Shown here piece after piece: positions 36,191 to 47,790 of a stretch of 64,000 nucleotides of DNA. Numbering within the stretch: position 1 is the stretch's first letter; each line of letters begins with the position of its first letter. The DNA is from Ginglymostoma cirratum (Eukaryota): positions 30,546,785 to 30,610,784 of the forward strand of contig JAHRHZ010000222.1 of assembly GCA_024137785.1 (NCBI GenBank). The letters run 5' to 3'. Position numbers and translations under genes: made by a program. Below the pieces are notes generated by a model. It did not search any database, was not told the DNA's origin, and saw only the letters and a list, made by a program, of their open reading frames with translations.

Positions 36191-39139
36191 ATGTGAACAT
36201 TAACAAATTCAATGTGTGTAACCAGATGTTAACAGCACACTTTTCACTGTTAGTAGTGAGCTGCCACTTCTGACAATTTCCTTATGATACAAGATCCAAA
36301 TTATTGACCGCCTTCATACTTCCTGAACAACGTTATTGCTTTAATCACCTTCCATTTGCATCATATCTGTACCTAAGATTTTTCAGTTGGCAATAGCCAA
36401 CACATTGGAAGGCAAGGAAGACAATGTATGTCCCATGGATGACATTCTTATCCATAGGTCCTCTAAAGTACAGCATGATAATAGAGTACAGACTGATCCA
36501 CATAATTCAATGACACTGAGTTGACAGTCAAATTCTTCAACCACATAGTTTAGATGAAAGGAATAATGGTAGACCACAGAATACAGAAGCCATCACCCAA
36601 GAATACCATGGAACTCCAAATGTTCATGGAAATGATAAGCCAGGTAAGAAAATGTTAATAGTTAAATGCTAAGAAAAAATGTCAATGGGTAAATGACAGT
36701 GATTTAAAAGGATTGAACAAAAAACTTCAGAAGAGATGTGGGATAATGGTTAGGTCTTGTTATGCTCATGTATAGTATACACAATCAGTGATACCTGCCA
36801 GTGTCAGTGCACATGGAGCTGGGAACTCAGCATCAGGGCTCTCAGAATGCTTTCTCCAACATAGTTTATTAATTCTACATACAGTTCCTGTCCAACTCTG
36901 GGAAACATCGTCAAATATTTGCTCTGCAATATTGACGTGTCCTTTTGCTTTGAAAGGCATTTCCTCCTCTGATTTTATAATATGTTAAAGGTTCTTGGTG
37001 GTAAGACTCTGCTCTGGACTCATCTCTGAACATCTTTACAAGATTTACAGACACCAACAGAGAGGTCATCCTTCATCTGTAACATCCAATAATCAGTAAA
37101 GAAATGTGTAGTAACGAAATAGAATAGAATAGTCTTTACTGCCACTTGCCCAATTCATTCAGTTATTTTTATTTAAATGATAGAAAAAATGTAACAAGGA
37201 GTTATCCATTTGTAATTCCCAAATATATTGCATAGTAATGCATTTGCCTTCCTTAATTCTGTTGATAAACAGATCCTCTTCTTCTCTCCATTTATTGAAC
37301 ATTACCTTCTGCTGGTGGGCCAGTAGTCAGTGACAGTTGCACAGCCACATGTTTTGACAACACCAAGATGTTAACTACTTCACTGGACAGCACTGTTTAT
37401 CTGTTTACTACATTCCTGTCTGTCTGCAGTGAAGACTTCAGCCTTCTTTTAAAACCTGAAAGTTAAAATCACAGCCTGTGAGACTTGCTCTGAGAGGTGA
37501 ATGTCCTCTTTCTAATTTAGTCTTCATCTTGCAAGCCCCACCCTCACCTACTCCTAAAGCATATATAAAATTGCTAATAGGGCTGCCAAGTGCCATAGTT
37601 TCTTCAGGCACCAAGCAATTAACATTCTCCCATTGTGATAGCGGCACCCATCATTAATATTTAAGTTAAGGAACATAACTCCACTAGCCCTGAATACATT
37701 GGCAGAGTTAGCATCACTCCTGCACACAAGTCAGATCTCAGTGCTTATGTCTGTATCCTGAGGAATTGCTAACACATATTGTGAGATTAGTCTCCTTGTT
37801 ACCTTTTAAATCCCCATGTGATAGAATACCTTTCTTCCAATAAGCTCCATCTGAACTGAGATGAGGACAAGAGTTGAACACATGGTTGTTACAACCAGGG
37901 AACATTCAGGTATAATTTAGCAAGGGCCTGTTCATGCTAAAGAAGGCACTGCCACAATTTGGGAACTGAAATACCTGAGCATTTGATCTTAAAAATTTTA
38001 ATTTCTGTAGTTAACCTGTAAAATAGCAGTACAGAGCATCAGGAACCTGGTAAATTACTCATCCATAATTCACTAGAGGAAATGTTCTTGGCCTTGGCAA
38101 TAGGAACAGAAAGAGAAACTCAATGGACAACAGTTAATTTAATGCAGTAAGCTTTGGAAGTGGACAGCAGGTTACTCTGAGACTTCGTAATGTATATTTC
38201 AGCAGCTGCCTCAATGACAACACTAAATAAAAGCTGGAAGCATATGGGGCTGTGCACCCTCCACAAAGAGAACAAAATGAGTATTTAAAACAGGGAAGCA
38301 TATTGATCTTAAATGAATTCCTCCGAGATAGTAAAATGTTTATGGCCTGAACGCTACCTAACTTCAGAAACATCATTTGGATAAAGCTTTTTAATGTACA
38401 AATGAATAAATCACGCCAGCATGCTTAATTTCATCAACTCCAAAATGTTGGAGAACAAATCTGAAAGAAAAAATATACTCCACGCTAAGAGTATTTTTCT
38501 GGAAACTATCCTCCCATCACAGATCCTTTAGCATGATGTCATGTTGTATCTGTAACATAACCACAGACTGAAATTTTTCCCACTGGATCTGAGTATTTCA
38601 CACACTTGTGTTTATTTAACACCATGCATATAGTTTTAAGATATTTGCCAACCTAGATTCCAATTTTAATTAGTCAGGTCTAATATAACTGATATCAATC
38701 AAGATTTAGTTTGTTTTAAAACTTTAATTAACAACTGGTGGGCACACCATTTGTTCACACATCTTAAAGATAGATTATTCAGGGCAGTGTTTGAATGTTT
38801 TTACACATTCTAGCAGGTCAGTATGGAATTTTTGTCAGCTTACCTTATTCTTGAGGGTGCAGACCACATAATAATTCAAAGTGTCAATTTTTAACAAAGT
38901 GCCGCATACAGTAAAAACTATTGGATGATGTAAAACAAATCTTATGACAAACAGGTTTTAGATACTAGTTAAATAACTTCCTGCTCAATACCACTTGTAA
39001 TGACCACAAGAGACAGAACACTAAACATGTCACAAGGTGATTGTTTGGCCATCTTTGCTTTATGATATTACCGCAAAGAATAACAGAAGAGTTTTTGTTG
39101 TAAATGGATCATGGTTTTTTTTGATGATAAACATTAGAT

Positions 39140-39415
39140 TATCAAGTTTAATATACCATCTATAACCTCCCTGTCCCCACTCCTGGCTCTTAAAATTCCA
39201 CTCTTTTCTATTAAAGACCTTCTCTTTCTTATTAAAGACCACTCTCCCCACTTTATTCTAGCCAATTCTTTCTCTCTTATTAAACTTACGTTCCCTCTAC
39301 TCTTATATAAGACCCATTCCCCCAGCTCTTATTAAACACTGCTCCACCTGTTCTTTTTGAAGTTCAATTTCTCAGCCCATCTGGCTCTGACCATCCCTGT
39401 TACTTCTTATAAAGA
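39140..39415. repeat. Degenerate ~22-35 bp pyrimidine-rich tandem array
   Basis: Recurrent TCTTATTAAAGACC-like motif, about 8 copies. Confidence 0.6.
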
Positions 39416-41049
39416 AGCTGCTGTTGCTGTGGAGTCGGAAAAAAAAGGGAAAAATAAACACTTGTCGAGGCAAAATGCTTAAAGAAATATGAGCAATAGC
39501 ATTTAGGAAAGATTTGCTAGCAAAATCTAAAATAAAAAGGAAGCAGGAAGAGAAAGAAACAGATGAGAAAGACAAAGAGGGAGAAAAATCTGAAGCCAAG
39601 GAAAGAAGGTAGAAATTAAGAAAGGAAATATAACTAGAAAGATAAATTATTGTAGACTTGTTCCCAGCAGGATGATATCTAAGGTCCAAAAACAATTGTG
39701 GATCATTGAATCAGATAGTTTTCAAATGTATTTTCTAGAATAACAGGTGATTTGATATAGATTTGAACAAAGGCAGGTAGGTGGGGTATGTATGAGTCTT
39801 AAAAATCCCCATTGTAATTCTGTCAGTAATTATGCCAATGCAAAAGCAGGTATTTCCTCCAGCTTACAGCTGAAACAGGAAGGTAAGGGAGAAGGAACCT
39901 TCTTGCTGGGACTGGGCGTGGAGTTGTAATCATGGCCACCTTGACAATGATGGAAATCAGGAGAGTGGTGGCAGTACAGAGTGCTAGTCAAAGGACAGTT
40001 TGAGGTGGTACGGAGTCTTAATGACAGCATTAGGATCCATCACACTACCATATTGCGCTTAACTATCACTCACGTGGAATGAACAATAAATTACATGCCA
40101 TTACCTGCACAATGTAAACTTGAAACCCTATTTCAGAAACCTTCATCACTAACTGATATCTTACATCCACCACTGGTGCATCATAGGTCCTACAGTTCAA
40201 AGTGACAGAGGAGCCTGAGGAGTTTCCACAGAAGAACCAGTTATCTGAGAATCCATTGTCATATGCCTCATGTGCACCCTTCCACTGTTAGAGGTACACA
40301 CACTATAATGGATGCAGTATTTCAGATGGATAGAGTGGCATGCATTGGAAAGCACTGTAAGCAGTCACACGTGATGCAAACCAGGAAAATAGCAGAGAGT
40401 CCCCCTTGGGGCTCGAGATGGGGGGTGAGGGGGTTGGACTATGGGGAGAGACAGAGATGTAGAACACTCCAGTCTCTGTTCAGTCTCAGGGATCTCTAAT
40501 GTAAGGCTGTGAAGTAATATTGGGAAAAGTGTGTGTTTGCAAAGGCTTTTGGAGATTAGAGGAGTTCAATGCTAACAGATTGCTATGACATCTCACATTG
40601 TATCACCTACAGTAATGCCCACCTCCATCAGAAGAATGTGCAACTTGATGAAGGATCAGATATTAGAGAACATCAATGATTGTTGGCCCACACCAATGGC
40701 CTGCTCAAACTGGCTGCCACCTTACACAACACCTCACTTTCACATCTATCTGAGTCCCCTCCTGTTCTTGGTTGGCAGAGAAACACAAATCAATCCAACA
40801 GGGTAGGTTGAGAAAGGGCACCTGGCCCTGAACGCTCTTCTTAAGGTTCCCCTATTTCTCAGCCATTGCTGCTGGGATATCACCAGGCAGTAGCATTAGA
40901 AAATCTAGTTGGAAAAGTTTTCAGTTGCATGATAACACCCACTTGGGTGCTTTTCACAGTGTAACTGTTTCATTAATGCTCTGAATTTTTTAAAAAAATA
41001 GGTGGAATTGTCACATTTACAGTTGCCCTTTTACCCTCCATCATAAAGT

Positions 41050-41250
41050 CTGATGTGGGGATGTTTACTGATGACTGCACAATATTCAGCAATATATTGT
41101 CAAATTCTTGGAATTCCCTCCCTAACAGCATCATGGGTCTACCAAAAGCACATAGACTGCAGCAGTTTAAGAAGGCAGCTCACCACTACCTGCTCAAGGG
41201 CAACTGCAGATGATGACCCAGGCAGCAACACCCTGATACCATGGATGAAT
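41050..41250 (+). mobile_element. LINE remnant (RT FTDDCT motif joined to 3' tail)
   Basis: GGGATGTTTACTGATGACTGCACA encodes GMFTDDCT; tail as at 19720-19795. Confidence 0.6.
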
Positions 41251-41547
41251 GAAAAGAAAGTTTATGTCTTGTCAAGATGCGATCCCGAATGCCAGGTCCA
41301 CCATGGCTCAGAGCGACCTCTCTTATACAATCGTCCGTTGTTCACTTTGTTGGTTATGAAACCCACCTTTTGGGGTCCTTCCTCAAGCTTCATGTGTCTG
41401 GAGAAGCAACAGAGTTTGTCACTGCTGGGACCTTCAGCTTTTCCACCTCTGGTGCTATATTTAAAGCTGGAATGTACACTACTTTATAACACTATAAGCT
41501 AGAAACTGGCTCTCACATTGTGGCGCTCGAGCCTCAACATTCAATCC

Positions 41548-41780
41548 ATGGCTGAGAGGAAAGAAAGGCTGACCCTGCACTTCACAGACAGGGTCCTGGA
41601 GGTGTTGGTGGACAAAAAAGTAAAGTGGTAAGCTGTCTTCTGTCAACCAAAGACTGCAGGAGGCAGACAACAGCAGCCAGCAGAGAGTTCAATTGCTACC
41701 CAGGTCAGTGCAGTGTCCTGAACAAAGCAGTACAGGAAGAAAGTTCTGTCAATGATCTTTTGCTCTTGCAAGGATAGGTG
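41548..41780 (+). pseudogene. Harbinger ORF2 Myb/SANT-like DNA-binding protein remnant
   Basis: MAERKERLTLHFTDRVLEVLVDKK*..IATQVSAVS..QYRKK..NDL matches the R.PRF.D..LE.LV…W..IA..VSA.S…QCRKK.NDL pattern. Confidence 0.7.
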
Positions 41781-43379
41781 GCACCTCACTCTGATAGCTC
41801 ACACTCACAGGACCTCCACTCACTCTAATTCTGTCACCACACAAGCATCTCTCCAGGTTTCATGGACTACAACTCTCACTGGTGCATGCATCATCTTCGC
41901 TCATTGGCTCTCACCCACACCCTCCCAAATTACTAACCCTTCCTGCCCTTTGTGCTTCCCATTCACTTACCAGGGACACCTCCCCACCTCTCCTGCTCAC
42001 TGCCTGCCCTTCCATCCACTGCTGTCATACACAATCCTGCCTTTGTCGCACTGGAGGAACAATCGGCCCAACTCCCAGACAAATAGCTCAACAGGACTTT
42101 CCTGAATCTATCCGTAATTCCCAGACTGGTTATATTTTACCTGACTGTGATCTAATCCCTGAACTGCAGAAGCATGGATCCCCAGATGTTGGTGGAACTA
42201 TGTGCCTGACTTGACTGCATTCAAGGCCCTGGTCTAAGATAGAATGAGTCCATTGACTGATTTGAGTGGTACCCCCTGGCAATCTGTAGTCTCTCTCTAC
42301 CCCTTTTAGGACTGTTACGCCTTAACTTTCACATATGGCATTCATTTGAAGCATGCGTCACTTAAAATGCTGGTATCTCCTACAAGTGTGATGCACAGCA
42401 CAGTGCCACATAATGATATCCCCACCCACTTGATTGTTCAGTGCTCTTTACCATCACAAGCTGCCTGCCTCCCCTCTGTGCTAAAAAGCAATGCAAGCTA
42501 CAGAGACGGGCAGCCTGTAACTGAGCACCAAAGACCTTGTGCAGTAAGAAAACAATGTGACTCGCACAAAAGCTGGTAGCATTCAAGTAAGCAAAATTAG
42601 AACAGGAGGATGCTACCCACGTGAGTGCAAACACATCCAGCATAGATACATGACACCCTGTCCCTATGTGCAAAGTGACATGGCAGAAGCATGGCATGTA
42701 TGTCCCTCAGCTCCAAAGTGTTGATGGAGTGAAGTGGCTCTTAGCTAGGCCACGAGCTGGCATCAGAAGGTGGTGATACTGGTTGTTTACTGAGGCTGAT
42801 TTGAATAAATGAAGGGTCGAGAAGGATTGTGGTCATGGAGCGGGGACATTGTTCAAAAGAAGCAGTTGCATGGTGGCTGGGGCAAGCAATTGGCTAGCTG
42901 CAAGTGTGTGGTAATAAGGTAGTCGTCGCTCCATTGCATTATTCTGAAGTTGCCATTTTAAGCTTCAGGAAAAATCAAGAAAACTTTTCTTGATGTCAAA
43001 AACCTATTTTTTTCATTCTTACTGTACCTACCTACCGTTCATCACTCCACACCCCAGGGGAGAAAATTATGATGTATACATTGTCACATGACCTCTGCTT
43101 TATTGGATCCTCCAGTGACCTCAATCAGTTCAATTCCAATGAATGAAATGAACCGTCTTGATTAATCGCTGTGGTGGTGATCTGTGCGAAAGTCATCATT
43201 GACTGAATAATCGTCGGAATTTGGGGTTGCACGAAAATCTTGATGGCTCTAATTCCATGCCGCAGACACGTCTCTTAAGTGAAGAATGTTAGATGAGGAT
43301 GTCACAGTTTCTTCAGTAACCAGGTCTGCAGCTCCAAGCATAACAACTTGATGCTCCCCTTCTCAGTCTTCTCTCCAAA

Positions 43380-44220
43380 GATGTCACACGCTGTCCACCT
43401 TACACAACAGCTCCATTTCTCTTGTTATAGCCATGTTGTACCATGATCAATGACTATTCTGGAGAGTTTGCTGGGAGTATGTTGATAGATGCCTCCAAAT
43501 CTATCAAGGCATCACAGCCTCATCTTGAACATGCCAATGGCTTCCTCCACTGTTTCTCTGATGGTACACATCTGTTATACATCTCCAGTGCCTAACTAGA
43601 AACTTTTACTGATCAGCCAGGTCTTGAACAGATACTCCTTTGGTCCCCTAGAGTCCCGCTGAGGTTGTCTCATGCAGAAAACATCAGCAGAACCTAAGAC
43701 TGTCAAAATATGAAACAGTCACTGGAGTTCCCTGAACGCCCTCAGCATCTTCTTATGATGGTCAAACACCAACTGAACATTAAGGCAGAGGAAACTATTC
43801 TGCTGAACAAAGAACATCTGCCTAGTCTGATGGATGCCTTGACTACTACAAGAGTGCATCAGCAGATCTCTGGAAGGACTTGGACACAAAGATGTTGAGG
43901 ACTGTGGTCACTTTGTCAGTTATCAGAAATGTACAGACACTTAATCCTTTCAGATGGAACTCTACTTCCAGGAGACTTCCCACATCTGTCACTACTTGCT
44001 CCAGGATCCTGAGCTAACTTGTTACAGCACAGCAAGGATTCTAACCCCTGGCCTAATGGCCCTGTGCTGAAGGTATCCGCCTCCTCCAAGTTTCTGCTTT
44101 GTGCCCATCCTCTGTTCTGAGTAACTGCATGTGGCTATGGAGAATGTTGCCGCAGATGCTGGCCCTGCTGCCTGTGTTACTCCAGCTGCAGAGCTTGCTG
44201 CTAATCTTTTACCAGTCCAT
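43380..44220 (-). pseudogene. Second decayed Harbinger transposase
   Basis: Reverse strand: YLQHRAIRP, KVTTVLNIFVSKSFQRSA and TIRETVEEAIGMFKMRL*CLDRFGGIYQHTPSKLSRIV; terminal-like ..GGCAAAATTCTACCC+TAA at 44709-44726. Confidence 0.8.
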
Positions 44221-44944
44221 GGTAATCCACAGTATGTAGACCCATGTTTCAGGGAAGTCTCACACTGAAGAAATTGAGATTGCACTCAATTTGAATGTAA
44301 ATGGACAAAGTTGTTGTTCCTAATACAAATGGCAAATTCAGGCTGGAAGAACTACTCCTGTCAGTATTAGCCCTTCACAAGCTTGTTGCTTTCAGCCTTT
44401 ATGCTATAACTAACAGGTCAATTTCAGTTAACAATGACTTCCCGCTGTGCACTTGCCTCCTCTAACCTGGTCAGATGTTGAAACACTGTGAAGCCCCTGC
44501 ACTGGCAGGGAAAGTCAGAACACAGGATTAAAGAGGCTCTTACTCCATTTTTTAATTGTCGTAATTGGTTTCCCAGTTGATCCAAAGAGTTTCCCACTGA
44601 CCTCAGAATTCACCTCACATAAGGAGGGAAGAGGATGGAATGGGTTCAGGGTCCCAGCCAATGTCACTTTTAGGGGATTTAATGCCCCACCCACACCAAA
44701 CTGCACCTGGCAAAATTCTACCCTAAAGACCAACAATTTGATGCTCAGCACCTGTTTTGATGATGTTTGTTGGATGTTAGGTTCAATTCACATTGAGCAA
44801 GGATTAGCCTATGGTAACCTCTGTACTACAGAACCTAACAAACATTATGCACTTGTAGCCTGAGCATTGCCCATGTGTCGAGTCTATTAGTGCATATATT
44901 TCAATAATCGGATTTTCTTATAATGCAATTTAATCAGTTCATTC

Positions 44945-45660
44945 AAGAACACAAAAAAATGCAAGAAAAGACTACACAGCACCTTGAATTTGCTTCATCA
45001 ATGAGTAAGATCATGACTAGCTCGGTCCCACTTACTTGACATGCCCAATATCCCTTGGTTCCGTCAGAGAACAAAAATTTGCCCATCTCAGCCTGAAATA
45101 TATTCAATGACAGATCATCCACAGTTCTCTGGGGTATATAATTCCAAAGTTTCACAAGTCTCTGGGGGAAGAAGTTTCTCCTCACCTCAGTTCTAAATGA
45201 TCTGCCCTTTTCCCTAAAAGTGTGCCTTTGTGTTCTAGATTTTCCATTCAAAGGAAAGAAACCCTCAGTGTCCTCCCTGTCATGCCCCTTCTGAATCCTG
45301 TAGGTTTCAATAAGATCACCTCTCATTCATCGAAACTTCAGAGATTATTAGTCCAATTTACTCATCCTTTCATTATCAGACAACCAATCACGTCAACCTA
45401 TCTTCTTGTGAACCTTTGCTGCACTGCTTCAGACACAATTCTATCCTTCTTTAAATATGGAGCACAAAATTACGCACAGTACTCCAGGTATGGTCTGACC
45501 AAAGCCTTATATAATTGTAGCAAGGCTTCCTTATCTTTTACTCCAATCCCCTTATAATAAATGCTAACAGGCTATATGCCTTCCTATGATTGCTTGTTAA
45601 CACGCCTGTGGTTTCTCTGTGAAAGTATACTCAAGTCTCTCTGAACATTTAGACATTTCA
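44945..45660 (-). mobile_element. CR1 3' region
   Basis: ORF MRGDLIETYRIQKG..FRTEVRRNFFPQRLVKLWN; upstream LYKALVRPYLEYCA*FCAPY. Confidence 0.95.
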
Positions 45661-46394
45661 TGATTTTTAAAATGTATTGTGCTTTTTCAGTCTTACTGCC
45701 AAACAGGGTCCAGGACAGGCACTTTTATGTGGGCCAATGACTGTGATCTGCAGCACTACAAAGGAGACCAATTCTTTTCAATTGTGTTATTGTTCAGAAA
45801 GGATGTATTGCTTTTGCAGAATTTCTCCAAGCAACGGATTGTTTCTGCACAGCTTTGGCCCTCTGACACCTGAAAATCATTGAAACTTTGCTCATTGATA
45901 TATAATGCCGTACTGTATCTTTTGTCATTGACTGTATAGCTGTTGTTATTGGAATTCTTTGCTGACCATGTGTGGTATTCCTGTGGGGATAATTTTGTTC
46001 AAGAGGGGAAAAAACAAGATTCAAGGAGGGATGAAATACAACTGGAATTTTTTCCAGACACATCCTGACTTTGATTTTCAAAGATGCAGAGTCATGGAGC
46101 TAATCTCAGCCTATTAGTAACCTACCCATGCAGAATTTAGATCCTGGTGCAACCATTAATGAACTTTGCACATTACTGTAGCCAGACTTGTAAACTGTGG
46201 CAAAGGAATAGCTTTTGCTGATGATTATCAAGTTTATGATGAAGATCAAACCTGAAAAAGACCGTATTTTAACATACGGTCACATAAATATCATTACATT
46301 AGTGCACATTTACCTTGAAAATTTTGATCAGGTCAAAACACTTCTCACTCACCTATCCACAGTTTCAAATCATGGCTAAGGTAACATTATTTTA

Positions 46395-46530
46395 CCGTGT
46401 CTCCTACAATCTTGCTTCTTTTGGAATGTAGCACTCTCCTGCAAATAGGGCCACTTCCTGCAGTTGGAGCTTCTCCAGCAAAATCTCTAACTCCCGATTG
46501 ATGAATGGTGTCAATCTTTGCCCAGTTTTT
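46395..46530 (-). pseudogene. Another Harbinger Myb/SANT-like N-terminal remnant
   Basis: GQRLTPFINRELEILLEKLQLQEVALF resembles R..PF.D.ELE.L.E.V….LF. Confidence 0.4.
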
Positions 46531-47294
46531 TTTTCACAGATATGTAATAACAATTCTGGCTTCAAGGGGAAGGAGCAACCCTTTAGGAACTGTTGGTGCT
46601 AGGAATCCCAGCATGCAATGCCTGCCTGCCCCCAGGATATCATAATTAATGCATCAGGGATCCATAAAAACTTTGCAGATTAACCAAGGATGTAGAACAT
46701 TGTGAAGATGTGAACTTGATGGTTGGTTAATTTGCAAAGTTTCATGTGGGACGTACAATCAGTCCGAGTTATCATTGTTAGCTAAATGACAATTACCAAA
46801 GATACTGAATTGTACTCCTTTTCTGCTGAGACTTATCCCATTGGGAGAATGCATTAGAAATTCATCACCATTTTTTGACCACTCTGTGGCTCCAAAGTGA
46901 ATCTTGACAGAAGTGGAAATGAAAATGAAATGCTACCAGAAACAGAACATCTCAAGGATGGACTTCCCAGTGCTAAAGTGCAATGAAAAAGTGTGTGGGC
47001 AGCACTCATCTTAGATTCCCAAAAACGGAAGTAGCAATCTACTATGTTGACAGAGACACCAAACAGTTCCTCATGAGATGAACGAGCAGCATTGGTGAAA
47101 ATTGGAATCAGGTCCCCCACAATAATATATACAACATGAATAAAAATAGTAAAGCAAAATTGAAAAAGACAATGAGGGATGATGTTTAATGTTAGCCAGC
47201 CTGAGGGTCTAGATATTAGCAACAACAGCTAACTTTGCAGTGTGAATTCTGTCAATGAATGACGAGAAATTTAAAAAAAGACTTCCATCAGTTT

Positions 47295-47445
47295 AGCTCC
47301 CTTGAATGCTTAGTTAGTAAAGGCAGTGTGTGACTGTGTCATAAAGGCCAAAAGCTTCCAGATTTGCTTGTTAGTCTGCGCTGAATTAGTTGATCTCAGC
47401 AAGACTGGCAGAAAGGGCACTACAATTGGCATTATTACTCCCTCT
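47295..47445 (+). mobile_element. AmnSINE2-like ancient SINE, 5' part
   Basis: GTCTGCGCTGAATTAGTTGATCTCAGC..GGGCACTACAATTGGC resembles the AmnSINE2 consensus as recalled from memory. Confidence 0.5.
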
Positions 47446-47494
47446 TATTGGATTCTGTTCCCTTTATGAGGCATTTAAGCTCACGCTTTCTTTT

Positions 47495-47790
47495 TGCCAA
47501 CTTAGTTCTTTTTCATTTTCTGAAGGCATTCATTCTTGATCAGGTCATGTTCTATGAGTTCCAGTGACAATGCAGGACCAAACCTACCTGTTCAAACTCC
47601 AGCTGTGAGCTTAGTGTGTTTTGGGCAAGTTACTTGACTATAGAGGGCATCAGTGTCAATCCCAATGTTGACCACATGCTCTCCAGTAGAAATCAGTTAA
47701 CAGCTGACAGAAGTAGGAATTATGAACGGCTTTTTGTTTTATCTCCAACACAGTTGTGTGTGACCTATTGCAAAGCTCCTAATGTCACCA
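47495..47790 (-). mobile_element. AmnSINE2-like SINE, 3' part, opposite orientation
   Basis: Reverse reads ..TGATGCCCTCTATAGTCAAGTAACTTGCC..CTAAGCTCACA..GCCTTCAGAAAA, resembling the recalled AmnSINE2 3' half. Confidence 0.4.

Noticed and set aside
39372-39695. 107 aa hydrophobic ORF
   Set aside because: Antisense reading of a purine-rich low-complexity tract.
46260-46281. Perfect 8 bp hairpin GACCGTAT/ATACGGTC
   Set aside because: Expected by chance in 64 kb; no supporting context.
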